Assembly (NCBI GenBank): GCA_029261475.1
Contig: JAJDBG010000039.1
Location: 20,271 to 84,270, forward strand
Direction: 5' to 3'
DNA: 64,000 bases
Origin: Nitrospinaceae bacterium
GTDB lineage: Bacteria > Nitrospinota > Nitrospinia > Nitrospinales > VA-1
Numbering within the stretch: the first letter of the stretch is position 1; the number at the start of each line of letters is the position of its first letter. Below the pieces are notes generated by a model. It searched no databases and was not told the DNA's origin. It was given only the letters and a program-made list of their open reading frames with translations. This document shows positions 45,940 through 55,558 of the stretch, piece by piece. The position numbers and the translations under genes are program-made.

Positions 45940-46797
45940 TTACTGGAGCAACTGCAGGACCGACTGTGGAATCAGGTTAGCCTGTCCCACCATAGCCGTT
46001 GCCGCTTGCACCAGAATTTGGTTCCGGGTTAATAAAGCAACTTCTTCAGCGATGTCCGCATCACGGATAGCCGATTCAGCGGCAGATAAATTTTCTACTG
46101 TAATGGATAGATTGGCAATCGTTCTCACCAGCCTGTTTTGGACCGCACCTACTTTACCTCGGCCCTGTGTGACTTGCGAAATCGCCGTATTCATTGTGTC
46201 CAAAGCTGTCAATGCAGCCGCGGCCGTGGTGACCGACAATGCGCCAATGCCTAATCCGGTTTGAGTGATTGAGGTGAGATTGATTTCGGTATTCAGACTG
46301 ATTCGGCTATTTACAGATGCATCGATTCCTACCTGGATAAGAATCTCTCCACCAGCACCAACCGTTGATGCCAAAGAACCATCGACCAACTTCTGACCGT
46401 TGAATTCTGTGGTGTTCGCGATTCGATCAATCTCGTTTCGCAGAGCGTTGAACTCTAGCTGAATCGTTGCACGTTCTGTAGAACCTACTGTGCCTGTTGC
46501 AGCTTGAGAAGCTAGCTCTCGCAATCGAATGAGAATACCCGATTGCTCATTGAGGGCACCTTCTGTTACGTTGATCAATGAAATACCGTCATTGGCGTTT
46601 CTAACCGCCTGCTTCAAGGCACGAATGTCGGAGCGCAATGCTTCCGAAATTGCCAGGCCCGCCGCATCGTCGGCACCTCGATTGATCCGGATTCCTGATG
46701 AAATCCGTTCGACCGATTGAGACAATCGATCGTTGTTGACTCCCAAAATTCTTTGGGCATTCAACGAGGGTATGTTGTTAAATATTCTTATGGGCAT
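45940..46797 (-). CDS. fliC: Flagellin (F2)
   Basis: 285 aa. Conserved flagellin N and C domains. AAGGAGGA SD upstream. Confidence 0.9.
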   Translation of the reverse strand: MPIRIFNNIPSLNAQRILGVNNDRLSQSVERISSGIRINRGADDAAGLAISEALRSDIRALKQAVRNANDGISLINVTEGALNEQSGILIRLRELASQAATGTVGSTERATIQLEFNALRNEIDRIANTTEFNGQKLVDGSLASTVGAGGEILIQVGIDASVNSRISLNTEINLTSITQTGLGIGALSVTTAAAALTALDTMNTAISQVTQGRGKVGAVQNRLVRTIANLSITVENLSAAESAIRDADIAEEVALLTRNQILVQAATAMVGQANLIPQSVLQLLQ

Positions 46798-46961
46798 GTT
46801 TCCTTATCCTCCTTGATAAATGGAATTTCTATTAGCCCGACCCAGCATCCTTGCTGAATCAAAAATGACCTACAATACTTCTTAGAAAAACAAACAAAAT
46901 TCTTGGAATAAAGTGCTTGGAGTTTCAAACATTTCGTGACCTAATCTCGCCACATGATCTT

Positions 46962-46989
46962 TTATCGGGAAATTAGAATTTTTCCTTTA
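46962..46989 (-). promoter_or_regulatory. Sigma28 (FliA)-type promoter for flagellin F2
   Basis: The minus strand reads TAAA-16 nt-CCCGATAA, ~165 nt upstream of the ATG at 46797. Confidence 0.5.
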
Positions 46990-47075
46990 CACTTTTTTTT
47001 AGTGCAATGGATCTTAAGGATGGGAATAGGCCATTAAAGCCAATAGGGGAAAGGGAAAGATACAGAAAGGAGGGC

Positions 47076-47110
47076 AAAAAAAAAGCGTCCCCTTTATAGG
47101 AACGCTTTTT
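47076..47110. terminator. Bidirectional-looking terminator downstream of flagellin F3
   Basis: A9-AGCGTCC-loop-GGAACGCT-T5. On the minus strand the hairpin is followed by a 9-U tract. A second hairpin (AATCCC...GGGATT, 47134-47164) lies just after the F3 stop. Confidence 0.6.
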
Positions 47111-47176
47111 CCAACAAACATAAAAAGCACTGCAATCCCCCGGACGGAACCCGCCCGAGGGATTTTTTATTTAATC

Positions 47177-48034
47177 TTAACCAAGTAACTGTAGAACCGA
47201 TTGCGGGATCAAGTTAGCTTGTCCCACCATCGACGTTGATGCTTGAACCAAAATCTGGTTTCGAGTCAGCAACGCGATTTCTTCAGCAATGTCAGCGTCT
47301 CGAATAGAAGACTCAGCTGAGGAAAGGTTTTCTACCGTTACGCCTAGATTGGCAACAGATCTCACCAATCGGTTTTGAACCGCACCCACTTTACCACGGC
47401 CCTGCGTAACGGTTGTCAACGCAGAGTTGATAGTATCCAATGCTGTCAATGCTCCGGCAGCGGTACTAACAGACAATGCATCAATAGACAGACCTGTTTG
47501 GGTGATAGACCCTAGATTGATTTGCTCATTTAAATTAATACGACTGTTGACACCACTGTCCAAACCAATCTGGATAAAGATTTGGCTTGAAGATGTAACA
47601 CCTGAAGCCAAAGAGCCATCGACCAATTTCTGGCCGTTAAACTCTGTCGTCGTAGAAATACGATCGATCTCATTTCGAAGGGCATCGAATTCCAATTGAA
47701 TGGTCGCACGCTCTGTGGAACCAACTGTTCCCGTCGCGGCTTGAGATGACAGCTCTCGAAGTCGGATAAGAATACCCGCTTGCTCATTGAGAGCACCCTC
47801 TGTCGTATTGATAAGAGAAATACCGTCGTTGGCGTTTCGTACAGCCTGTTTTAGAGCACGAATGTCAGAACGCAGTCCTTCTGAAATGGCAAGACCTGCC
47901 GCATCATCAGCACCACGGTTGATTCTGATACCTGACGATATTCGCTCTACAGATTTAGCTAAACGGTCGTTGTTGATACCCAAATATCTTTGGGCGTTCA
48001 TAGATGGGATGTTATTGAAGATTCTTACTGGCAT
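47177..48034 (-). CDS. fliC: Flagellin (F3)
   Basis: 285 aa. Close protein paralogue of F2 and F5. Confidence 0.9.
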   Translation of the reverse strand: MPVRIFNNIPSMNAQRYLGINNDRLAKSVERISSGIRINRGADDAAGLAISEGLRSDIRALKQAVRNANDGISLINTTEGALNEQAGILIRLRELSSQAATGTVGSTERATIQLEFDALRNEIDRISTTTEFNGQKLVDGSLASGVTSSSQIFIQIGLDSGVNSRINLNEQINLGSITQTGLSIDALSVSTAAGALTALDTINSALTTVTQGRGKVGAVQNRLVRSVANLGVTVENLSSAESSIRDADIAEEIALLTRNQILVQASTSMVGQANLIPQSVLQLLG

Positions 48035-48283
48035 TTTATCCTCCGTGATGTTTGGAAATTCCCAAATATTGCCGAGGCTGTGACATTGCTATCAAATCTC
48101 GAATTATTGGGGATTTCCTTGAAATGTCTGGGTTATCGTTTTGACCTCCATGCCAAAACAAGCCTCCAAGCTTTAACCCGTAAGCGAGAAATCCATTTCC
48201 TCGCCTTTACTTCTGTTACTCCAAGTCCTCCTGTTTGCTTTTAATTATTTTTTTAATTTTTGCTACTATCGTCCTCAATGAGC

Positions 48284-48311
48284 TATATCGGAGGAAGTAG
48301 AGCTTACTTTA
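48284..48311 (-). promoter_or_regulatory. Sigma28-type promoter for flagellin F3
   Basis: The minus strand reads TAAA-16 nt-CCGATATA, ~250 nt upstream of the ATG at 48034. Confidence 0.45.
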
Positions 48312-48417
48312 GGAAGGTGAAAAATTATTTTAGGCAGGGTAAGATTTTTTAAGGGTAAATCAACCACAGGGGGAACAGCTAATAAGGAAGTAATCTATTT
48401 ATTGCATTCAATCCAGC

Positions 48418-49266
48418 TTATAAAATCTGTATCAAATTTTGCGGGATCAAATTACTCTGGCTGACCATCGCGCTTGCGGCCTCAGTCAAAATTTGGTTTC
48501 GGGTGAGAAGAGCGATCTCTTCTGCAATGTCTGCATCTCGAATGGTCGAAGAAGCTTGAGAAAGACTCTCTGCCGACGAGTTGATATTGCTCAGTGTCCT
48601 TGCCATACGATTTTGAATAGCACCTATAGTTCCTCTGACTTGGGCAATTTCGTCAATCGCTGTTTCAACAACTGACATAGTAGACAAAGCCCCTCCTACA
48701 TCGGAAATGGAAAGCGCTGCCAACCCCAGACCAAAGGAATCGACACCGTCTAAATTGAGTTCGGCGTTTAAATCTAGTCGACTTGAAGATCCGCCGTCAA
48801 TTCCAACTTGAATATTGATATCAATTGCCGAATTTTCTGAAAAGGTTCCATCCAGTAACTTAATGCCATTGAATTGAGCAGATCCTACGACCCTGTCGAT
48901 CTCTCGTCGCAACTGAGAAAATTCGAGTTGAAGAGACTGCCTTTCATTACTACCGATGGAACCATTAACAGATTGTGTTGCAAGCTCTCTCAAACGTATC
49001 AATATGTTCGAATGTATGCCAAGGGAGGTCTCCATCGTGTTGACCATAGATATCCCGTCGCTAACATTTCTCGCGGCTTGGCGGAGTCCTCGTATATCCG
49101 AGAGCAAAGACTCCGAAATCGCCAATCCTGCCGCATCGTCCGATGCTTTACCAATTCTTGTCCCCTCAGCAACTACTCTAAGGGAATGAGCAACTTTTTG
49201 CGCATTCTCCCCAAAGTTTCGCTGGGCATTGAGGGAGGATAAATTAGTAAATAAACTAACGACCAC
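48418..49266 (-). CDS. fliC: Flagellin (divergent paralogue, F4)
   Basis: 282 aa, GTG start. Flagellin N and C domains. Only 50 nt after the F5 stop, so it is probably co-transcribed with F5. Confidence 0.85.
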   Translation of the reverse strand: MVVSLFTNLSSLNAQRNFGENAQKVAHSLRVVAEGTRIGKASDDAAGLAISESLLSDIRGLRQAARNVSDGISMVNTMETSLGIHSNILIRLRELATQSVNGSIGSNERQSLQLEFSQLRREIDRVVGSAQFNGIKLLDGTFSENSAIDINIQVGIDGGSSSRLDLNAELNLDGVDSFGLGLAALSISDVGGALSTMSVVETAIDEIAQVRGTIGAIQNRMARTLSNINSSAESLSQASSTIRDADIAEEIALLTRNQILTEAASAMVSQSNLIPQNLIQIL

Positions 49267-49316
49267 AACTAATACCTCTTAAACAATCCCCTACTACTTC
49301 TCCATTACCCCTGGCT

Positions 49317-50174
49317 TTAGGCCAAGAGCTGGAGAATAGATTGGGGAATTAGATTTGCCTGCCCGACCATTGCGGTTGAAGATTGAACCAATATCTGGTT
49401 CCGTGTCAGCAGGGCAATTTCTTCCGCAATATCTGCGTCTCTGATTGCAGATTCAGCGGCTGATAAGTTTTCTATTGTTACACCAAGGTTGGCAATGGAT
49501 CGCGTCAATCGATTTTGAACCGCACCAACCTTTCCTCGGTTTTGAGTAACAGTGGTGATTGCGGAATTGATTGTATCCAATGCCGTTAATGCCGCCGCCG
49601 CTGTCGATACAGCTATCGCGTCAATGCCCAACCCAGTCTGAGTAATAGACGAAAGATCGATTTGTTGATTGAGATTGATACGGCTGTTGCTACCATTGTC
49701 GATTCCTACCTGAACCAGGATTTGGCTAGAAGAAGCCACACCTGAAGCGAGAGACCCGTCCACCAACTTTTGGCCGTTGAATTCGGTCGTCGACGCGATA
49801 CGATCAACCTCGTTACGAAGCTGATTGAATTCTAATTGAATAGTCGCACGCTCGGTCGAGCCAACAGTTCCGGTAGAAGCTTGTGAGGCTAGCTCACGCA
49901 AACGAATGAGAATACTACCTTGTTCGTTGAGCGCACCTTCAGCTACGTTGATGAGGGAAATCCCGTCGTTTGCATTTCGAGCCGCTTGACGCAAAGCTCG
50001 AATGTCTGATCGCAAACCTTCGGAAATGGCGAGTCCCGCGGCATCATCTGCACCACGGTTGATCCTGATTCCTGAAGAGATTCTTTCAATCGACGTAGAA
50101 AGTCGATCGTTGTTAACACCCAAAATTCTTTGGGCATTTAGAGAGGGAATATTGTTGAAAATTCTTACTGGCAT
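49317..50174 (-). CDS. fliC: Flagellin (F5)
   Basis: 285 aa. GGAGGA SD upstream. Close protein paralogue of F2 and F3. Confidence 0.9.
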   Translation of the reverse strand: MPVRIFNNIPSLNAQRILGVNNDRLSTSIERISSGIRINRGADDAAGLAISEGLRSDIRALRQAARNANDGISLINVAEGALNEQGSILIRLRELASQASTGTVGSTERATIQLEFNQLRNEVDRIASTTEFNGQKLVDGSLASGVASSSQILVQVGIDNGSNSRINLNQQIDLSSITQTGLGIDAIAVSTAAAALTALDTINSAITTVTQNRGKVGAVQNRLTRSIANLGVTIENLSAAESAIRDADIAEEIALLTRNQILVQSSTAMVGQANLIPQSILQLLA

Positions 50175-50256
50175 CTCCTAATCCTCCACCATAGAGTTAG
50201 AAAAAAATATAAATCAAAAACAATTTAGAGACTTATCTTTACTGATTGCATCTGCT

Positions 50257-50424
50257 ACGCCCCTGCCTTCTTTTGTTTTAACGGCCTTAGGCAGTTCCGT
50301 CTCGAAAGTAATTCCGAACTACAATTTTCACGTTATTTTTTCCGCAAAAATTTACATCTACAACGCCCCTGCCCTCTTTTGTTTTAACGGCCTCAGGCAA
50401 TTCCGTCTCGGAAGAAATTCCGAA
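50257..50424. repeat. Two copies of a 62-bp direct repeat (period 106 bp) in the F5 leader
   Basis: 50257-50318 and 50363-50424 differ at 5 of 62 positions. Each contains small palindromes (GCCTyAGGC; copy B also has TTCCGTCTCGGAA). Confidence 0.8.
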
Positions 50425-50506
50425 TTTAAATCTTTACTCTTTTTACGGTCCGCTCCCTATCGAGCTCTTCCCGTATTAATCCAGGGCACTCGTCCCCTTA
50501 ATTGTT

Positions 50507-50534
50507 GATAACGGTTGATTTTCTTTAAACTTTA
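50507..50534 (-). promoter_or_regulatory. Sigma28-type promoter for the F5(-F4) flagellin transcript
   Basis: The minus strand reads TAAAGTTT-12 nt-CCGTTATC (consensus TAAAGTTT-N11-GCCGATAA), ~330 nt upstream of the ATG at 50174. Confidence 0.5.
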
Positions 50535-50550
50535 GGCCTGCGGGAAATAT

Positions 50551-51339
50551 TTATTCAGAAGAAGGACGCCAATCTTTTTGGATGACGTGAGCATTGATGT
50601 GGAGTAGGTCAGGATGAGCATCCAAGTGTGCCAAAATTTCTGGCAGGCCCAAGGAATAGGCTTCGGAAGGATTCAAGCTAGCTAACAAACGATCTTGAAA
50701 TTGAAGGTCAGCGTCAGTATCCACCGTCAGGCGAATGTTTTTATTACGAAGGTGATCTGGAGCTAACACAAATGATCGGTTAAATTCATCGGGATGGTCG
50801 TGAATATAAGGAGTCACATGTTCTAGATAATGAAGTGCCTTAGTGCGGTCAGCTATTCTCTTCAACGCGGAAAGTCTAACAATTTCCAAACCTGTGCCAA
50901 GAGGAATCGGGTTGTCTGTAATAATGTAGTCCGCCCTGCTTTCCAATGTACGTTGAGCCAATTGTCTCGCAAGAGAAATATCCACCCAGGGGCAATCGCC
51001 ACAAATCCGAGCTATATAAGGAACTCCTAACTGTTCTCCCGCCAAGATGTAGCGCCCCAGAACATCTTCTTCCGAGCCTCGAACAACAGTGGCTCCAGCT
51101 TGTAACCCCACTTCAGCCAGAACATCATCCTTGCTAGAGTCGGGAATCGCCAAGGCAACAACGGAAAATTCCTTAATCAGTTGAATCCGTTTAACAATAT
51201 GGTCTATTATAGTGGTCCCTGCGAAGGGGTGCAGGACTTTGCCAGGACTTCTAACTGAGCCCATCCTTGCCTGTATAACAGCTCCAATGGACTTTTCACT
51301 TTCACATCTATTGAAGGGGGTCATTTCGATTTCCCTCAT
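50551..51339 (-). CDS. SpsF-like cytidylyltransferase family protein (CTP_transf_3-type)
   Basis: 262 aa. IQARMGSVRSPGKVL, RGSEEDVLGRY, CGDCPW and EHVTPYI motifs are typical of SpsF / acylneuraminate cytidylyltransferase-like proteins. The true start may be Met6 (51324). Confidence 0.7.
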   Translation of the reverse strand: MREIEMTPFNRCESEKSIGAVIQARMGSVRSPGKVLHPFAGTTIIDHIVKRIQLIKEFSVVALAIPDSSKDDVLAEVGLQAGATVVRGSEEDVLGRYILAGEQLGVPYIARICGDCPWVDISLARQLAQRTLESRADYIITDNPIPLGTGLEIVRLSALKRIADRTKALHYLEHVTPYIHDHPDEFNRSFVLAPDHLRNKNIRLTVDTDADLQFQDRLLASLNPSEAYSLGLPEILAHLDAHPDLLHINAHVIQKDWRPSSE

Positions 51340-51348
51340 TAATTCGAG

Positions 51349-52284
51349 ATGCCAAAAATAATATCACTAAACAAACCTAAAAAATTAAAAAAAGGGGATA
51401 ACATCGGCATTATAGCCCCTGCTGGAGCAGTAGACTCTGTTGAACTTGAAAAAGGGTTGAAGGTTATCAAACGTATGGGCTTCAATCCCGTTTTAAGCCA
51501 ACATATCGGAAATAAAAACAGGACAATGGCTGGAAGCGATTCTGAAAGAGCTTTCGATTTGATGACCATGTTTGCCGATTCCGAGATCAAGGGAATATTT
51601 TGTGCCCGTGGCGGCTATGGATCAAACCGTATCTTACCTCTATTGACGTCGAAGGTAATCCGCGAAAATCCAAAAGTCTTTGTTGGGTCCAGCGATATCA
51701 CAGCCTTGCATATTTTTTTGAACCAAAAATGTTCTTTGCACACATTTCACGGCCCTATGATTGCGGGAAGTTTTGGCAGAGCAGAGATGAAAAGATCCCA
51801 GAAATCTTTCGCTGAAATTTTGATGGGGAAAACCTCTGCTAAAAAAATGTCATCACGCCAAATTCAGGTGATTCAACCTGGCTCAGTCAAAGGCGAATTG
51901 GCTGGCGGTTGCCTCTCCCTTCTGTGCCGATCGTTGAGGACTCTGCATGAAATCAAAACCGACAATAAAATTTTGTTGATTGAGGATGTCAATGAACCTT
52001 ATTACAAGCTGGACGGTATGCTTTGGCAACTCAAGCAAGCTGGTAAATTTAAAAATTTAAAGGGTGTTCTCTTGGGAGAGATGATCGGTTGCCGTCCTGC
52101 AAATAAAAAGGATGGGCCTTTAGAGCATATCGTAAAGGAAATTTTCGCAGATTATTCTTATCCCATTTTGATGAATGCTCCTATCGGGCACGGCGAAGAA
52201 ATGTGGACCCTTCCCTTAGGAATCAAGGCAACGCTGGACAGCAAATTAAGGTCATTGACCCTGGACTCCTGCGGAGTGTCCTAA
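51349..52284 (+). CDS. ldcA: LD-carboxypeptidase (peptidase S66)
   Basis: 311 aa. [11 protein letters not shown] start, GSSDITAL nucleophile motif and C-terminal PIGHG. Confidence 0.85.
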   Translation: MPKIISLNKPKKLKKGDNIGIIAPAGAVDSVELEKGLKVIKRMGFNPVLSQHIGNKNRTMAGSDSERAFDLMTMFADSEIKGIFCARGGYGSNRILPLLTSKVIRENPKVFVGSSDITALHIFLNQKCSLHTFHGPMIAGSFGRAEMKRSQKSFAEILMGKTSAKKMSSRQIQVIQPGSVKGELAGGCLSLLCRSLRTLHEIKTDNKILLIEDVNEPYYKLDGMLWQLKQAGKFKNLKGVLLGEMIGCRPANKKDGPLEHIVKEIFADYSYPILMNAPIGHGEEMWTLPLGIKATLDSKLRSLTLDSCGVS

Positions 52285-53117
52285 GGGCGCACACACACCC
52301 CTCTTTGTCGCAAGTAGTTCTTTGCCTCGCCTATCGTATGTTCTTTGAAATGGAATATTGAGGCGGCGAGTAAAGCGTCAGCTAAGCCCGTGTGAATGCC
52401 ATCATACAAATGCTCCAAATTTCCCACTCCTCCAGAGGCAATCAAGGGAATATCGAGTTGTTTTGAAACGGTTGAATTCAGTTCATTGTCATATCCCTGC
52501 TTAACACCGTCGCAATCCATGCTGGTCAACAATATTTCGCCCGCTCCAAAGTCCTGCATTTGCCGCGCCCAACGAACGACATGAATACCCGTCGATTTTC
52601 TTCCCCCATGGGTATAAACCTGCCACAAAGGAAAGTCTTCTCCCTCACCTAAAAACAATTCCGGGTGTTTGTCACTCCAGTCAAACTTTTGTGCCGGAGG
52701 CGACTCATCTTTCAAGACTCGACGTGCATCGACGGCAACAACAATGCATTGGCTCCCAAAGCGTCGTGCCGCTTGCTGGACAAATTCTGGGTTATGCACA
52801 GCCGCTGTGTTGATCGCCACTTTATCGGCCCCTGAACGTAGCAAATTGCGAATGTCGTCTAATGTTCTCACTCCACCACCCACTGTGAGCGGCATAAAAA
52901 CTTTTTCTGCCGTTTGGCGTACAACATCGAAAATGATATCGCGTTTTTCATGCGATGCGGTGATATCGAGAAAAACCAACTCATCGGCACCTTCTTTTTC
53001 ATAGGCGGAAGCGATTTGAACAGGATCGCCCGCATCGATCAGATTAACGAAGTTCACGCCTTTGACGACACGGCCGTCCTTAACATCCAGACAGGGAATG
53101 ATTCTGCGAGCTAGCAT
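52281..53117 (-). CDS. hisF: Imidazole glycerol phosphate synthase cyclase subunit HisF
   Basis: 278 aa. [15 protein letters not shown] and ASGGVG motifs. Carries a ~25-30 aa insertion relative to typical ~253-aa HisF. Confidence 0.95.
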   Translation of the reverse strand: MLARRIIPCLDVKDGRVVKGVNFVNLIDAGDPVQIASAYEKEGADELVFLDITASHEKRDIIFDVVRQTAEKVFMPLTVGGGVRTLDDIRNLLRSGADKVAINTAAVHNPEFVQQAARRFGSQCIVVAVDARRVLKDESPPAQKFDWSDKHPELFLGEGEDFPLWQVYTHGGRKSTGIHVVRWARQMQDFGAGEILLTSMDCDGVKQGYDNELNSTVSKQLDIPLIASGGVGNLEHLYDGIHTGLADALLAASIFHFKEHTIGEAKNYLRQRGVCVRP

Positions 53118-53124
53118 AGGATTT

Positions 53125-53859
53125 TCAACTTTCCTGTTTTCGAGTTAATCTCACAGCATCTTCAAAAGTGATCGTATTATCGTACAAAGCTTTGCCTACA
53201 ATAACACCAGCGACGCCATCGCCCTCTAATTTCATGAGATCTTCAATATGTTCCAAAGTTCCTACTCCGCCAGACGCAATGACAGGCACGTTCACGTTTT
53301 TTGCAAACTCACTCACGCTTTTCAAATTAGGCCCTTCCAGCATTCCGTCTCTGCTGATATCGGTGAAAATAAAACGAGAAGCACCTAGTGCTTCCAACTC
53401 CCGAGCTAAATCGAAGGCCTTTTTTGAAGAAACTTCCACCCAGCCTTTGATCGCCACGTTACCATCACGTGCGTCAATGCCAATTGTGATGCGACCTGGA
53501 AATTGCTTGCACGCCGACTCGACAAAAGCAGGGTCTTTCTGAGCTATGGTGCCCAAAATAACTTGATAAGCACCTGCCTTGATGTAGGCTTCGATAGCCG
53601 ATAATGTTCTTATTCCACCCCCGACCTGGATGTCCGCAGAACTGTGGTATATGATGCTCTTAATGATCTCTGCATTGGCTGGCTGTCCATCAAAAGCACC
53701 ATCCAAGTCCACAATATGGATCAAACCGGCACCTTCATCATCCCATTTCTGCGCCATCGCTACGGGATCATCGGAATACACAGTCTCTCGATCGGCCTTA
53801 CCCTGAACCAGACGCACACATTTTCCATCTTTAATATCAACAGCAGGAATTATTTTCAT
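53125..53859 (-). CDS. hisA: 1-(5-phosphoribosyl)-5-[(5-phosphoribosylamino)methylideneamino]imidazole-4-carboxamide isomerase HisA
   Basis: 244 aa. [21 protein letters not shown] and ASGGVG motifs. Confidence 0.95.
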   Translation of the reverse strand: MKIIPAVDIKDGKCVRLVQGKADRETVYSDDPVAMAQKWDDEGAGLIHIVDLDGAFDGQPANAEIIKSIIYHSSADIQVGGGIRTLSAIEAYIKAGAYQVILGTIAQKDPAFVESACKQFPGRITIGIDARDGNVAIKGWVEVSSKKAFDLARELEALGASRFIFTDISRDGMLEGPNLKSVSEFAKNVNVPVIASGGVGTLEHIEDLMKLEGDGVAGVIVGKALYDNTITFEDAVRLTRKQES

Positions 53860-54077
53860 TTAGCTCTCTCGCAAAAGTTTCCTAAAATAGGGTCCAATTA
53901 AAAAGTTCCACACCAAGCCTATAGAAGACTCTGGCAAGGAGAGAATCATACCAAAATCACAGTAAAGTGCCAAAATCATTTCCAACAAACTGCTATAAGC
54001 AAGAAACCAATTGTTTTTCCGGAAAAAATCAAACCATGTAATCCCGAAAATACTGTTTCTGACAAATATCGCTCGCC

Positions 54078-54106
54078 TTGACCCATTCGAATGATTTGGG
54101 TATAAC
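54078..54106 (+). promoter_or_regulatory. Putative sigma70 promoter for rfbC
   Basis: TTGACC-17 nt-TATAAC, ~55 nt upstream of the ATG at 54160. Confidence 0.5.
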
Positions 54107-54159
54107 CTTCTTCATCAAATCAGTATATAAAGGATGAAACACTTCAACCTGAAATTCAC

Positions 54160-54699
54160 ATGAAAATCATACAAACGCCTCTGACAGACGTCATAATTAT
54201 AGAACCAAGAGTTTTTCGCGATGAGCGCGGCTTTCTATTTGAAAGCTTCTCGAAACAGAAATACGCTGACGCTGGCATCCATTGCGATTTTGTGCAAGAT
54301 AATCATTCCTTCTCTCAAGGCGGAGTACTCCGAGGCCTGCATTTTCAAACCGACCACCCACAGGCAAAATTGGTACGAGTCATTCGCGGGGAAGTTTTTG
54401 ACGTTGCGGTGGACTTGCGCAAGAAATCCCCAAATTTCGGGAAATGGTATGGGACCAAACTCTCAGCAGAAAATAATAAGCAAATGTTTGTTCCCGAGGG
54501 CTTTGCTCACGGATTCTGCGTCTTGAGCGATGAAGCAGAATTTCTATACAAATGCTCCAATTATTATTCGCCAGGGGGTGAGGGAGGAATTCTTTGGGAC
54601 GATCCTGAAATCAATATAGAATGGCCTCTGACAAATCCTACACTTTCGGAAAAAGACCAACTCTTTCCATGCCTCAAGGACACTCAACTTCCTTTTTAG
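54160..54699 (+). CDS. rfbC: dTDP-4-dehydrorhamnose 3,5-epimerase
   Basis: 179 aa. FRDERGFLFESF, LRGLHFQ and FVPEGFAHGF motifs. Confidence 0.95.
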   Translation: MKIIQTPLTDVIIIEPRVFRDERGFLFESFSKQKYADAGIHCDFVQDNHSFSQGGVLRGLHFQTDHPQAKLVRVIRGEVFDVAVDLRKKSPNFGKWYGTKLSAENNKQMFVPEGFAHGFCVLSDEAEFLYKCSNYYSPGGEGGILWDDPEINIEWPLTNPTLSEKDQLFPCLKDTQLPF

Positions 54700-54732
54700 C
54701 CTGCTTGAATTAAAAGGGAAGGGAAAGGCCCA

Positions 54733-55374
54733 TCAAGACAATCGTTTTACAAACTCGTTATAGGCTTTCTCAACAGCCGCTTCAATATCTACGTCGCCAT
54801 CTACATCCGGGTTGATCGCTTTCACCAAGGCCTCATCCAGATTATTTTTCATTTTCTTCGCGAAACCGGGAGATTTTTCTATTTCTTTTTTATAAACGGA
54901 CATGATCTCCTGACTGATCATTTTGCCTGGTTTGCTATCGAGAATAGCATCATAATCAGCCCCCTTCTTTCCACCATAATCCATCAGGCGATTTATTTTA
55001 TCCGTCCACATACCTATGTTTTCTTCGCCCGCTAGATAGTGAATCGAGTTAGCGAACACTGGAATAAGGCTCTGAGGAATCCCAGCTTCTCGAAGTTGGT
55101 GCTCCATCAATCTTAAAAAATATCTACCGACATGTTCCTTTCTCAGTAAGCGATCCTTACGTTTCAATCGTTTTTTTACCGAAGATCCTTCAGGAACACT
55201 GCCCTTATACAAAACCTCTAATTTATCAAACTGCTGACGCGTTTCTTTCACCAAATCCTGCAAAAGCATTTCATCGTTCAAATCGATATTGTCTCGACAA
55301 TACTTCACAATTTTCTTTAATAGAGAATCGCGAATTTGCTCAAACTCGGCATAGGTTGTAGATGATTTCGACAT
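54733..55374 (-). CDS. Hypothetical protein (213 aa)
   Basis: Long ORF, mostly helical and charged. No family recognised. No convincing SD at the annotated ATG. Confidence 0.5.
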   Translation of the reverse strand: MSKSSTTYAEFEQIRDSLLKKIVKYCRDNIDLNDEMLLQDLVKETRQQFDKLEVLYKGSVPEGSSVKKRLKRKDRLLRKEHVGRYFLRLMEHQLREAGIPQSLIPVFANSIHYLAGEENIGMWTDKINRLMDYGGKKGADYDAILDSKPGKMISQEIMSVYKKEIEKSPGFAKKMKNNLDEALVKAINPDVDGDVDIEAAVEKAYNEFVKRLS

Positions 55375-55482
55375 ATCAGTACTATAATTTTTTTTTTTAA
55401 AAAATCCACTCCTTTCTTCAGAGTGAAATTAAATAATTATATTAAGTATATTTATAAACAGGTTAAAACATTTATTTTTTTC

Positions 55483-55510
55483 TAATGTTTTATTTTTCAT
55501 ATCCCGATAA
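55483..55510 (+). promoter_or_regulatory. Sigma28-type promoter upstream of the acidic orphan protein
   Basis: TAAT-16 nt-CCCGATAA has the same spacing and the same -10 octamer as the F2 flagellin promoter. Lies ~50 nt upstream of the ATG at 55559. Confidence 0.45.
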
Positions 55511-55558
55511 AGCATGTAACAACAAAAATTAAAATGAAAGCCCAGGGGGCTAAACATC

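Noticed and set aside
50257-50424. CRISPR-like array
   Set aside because: There are only two repeat copies. The 62-bp units with a 44-bp spacer do not fit CRISPR geometry, and no cas genes are present. It is treated as a leader-region duplication.
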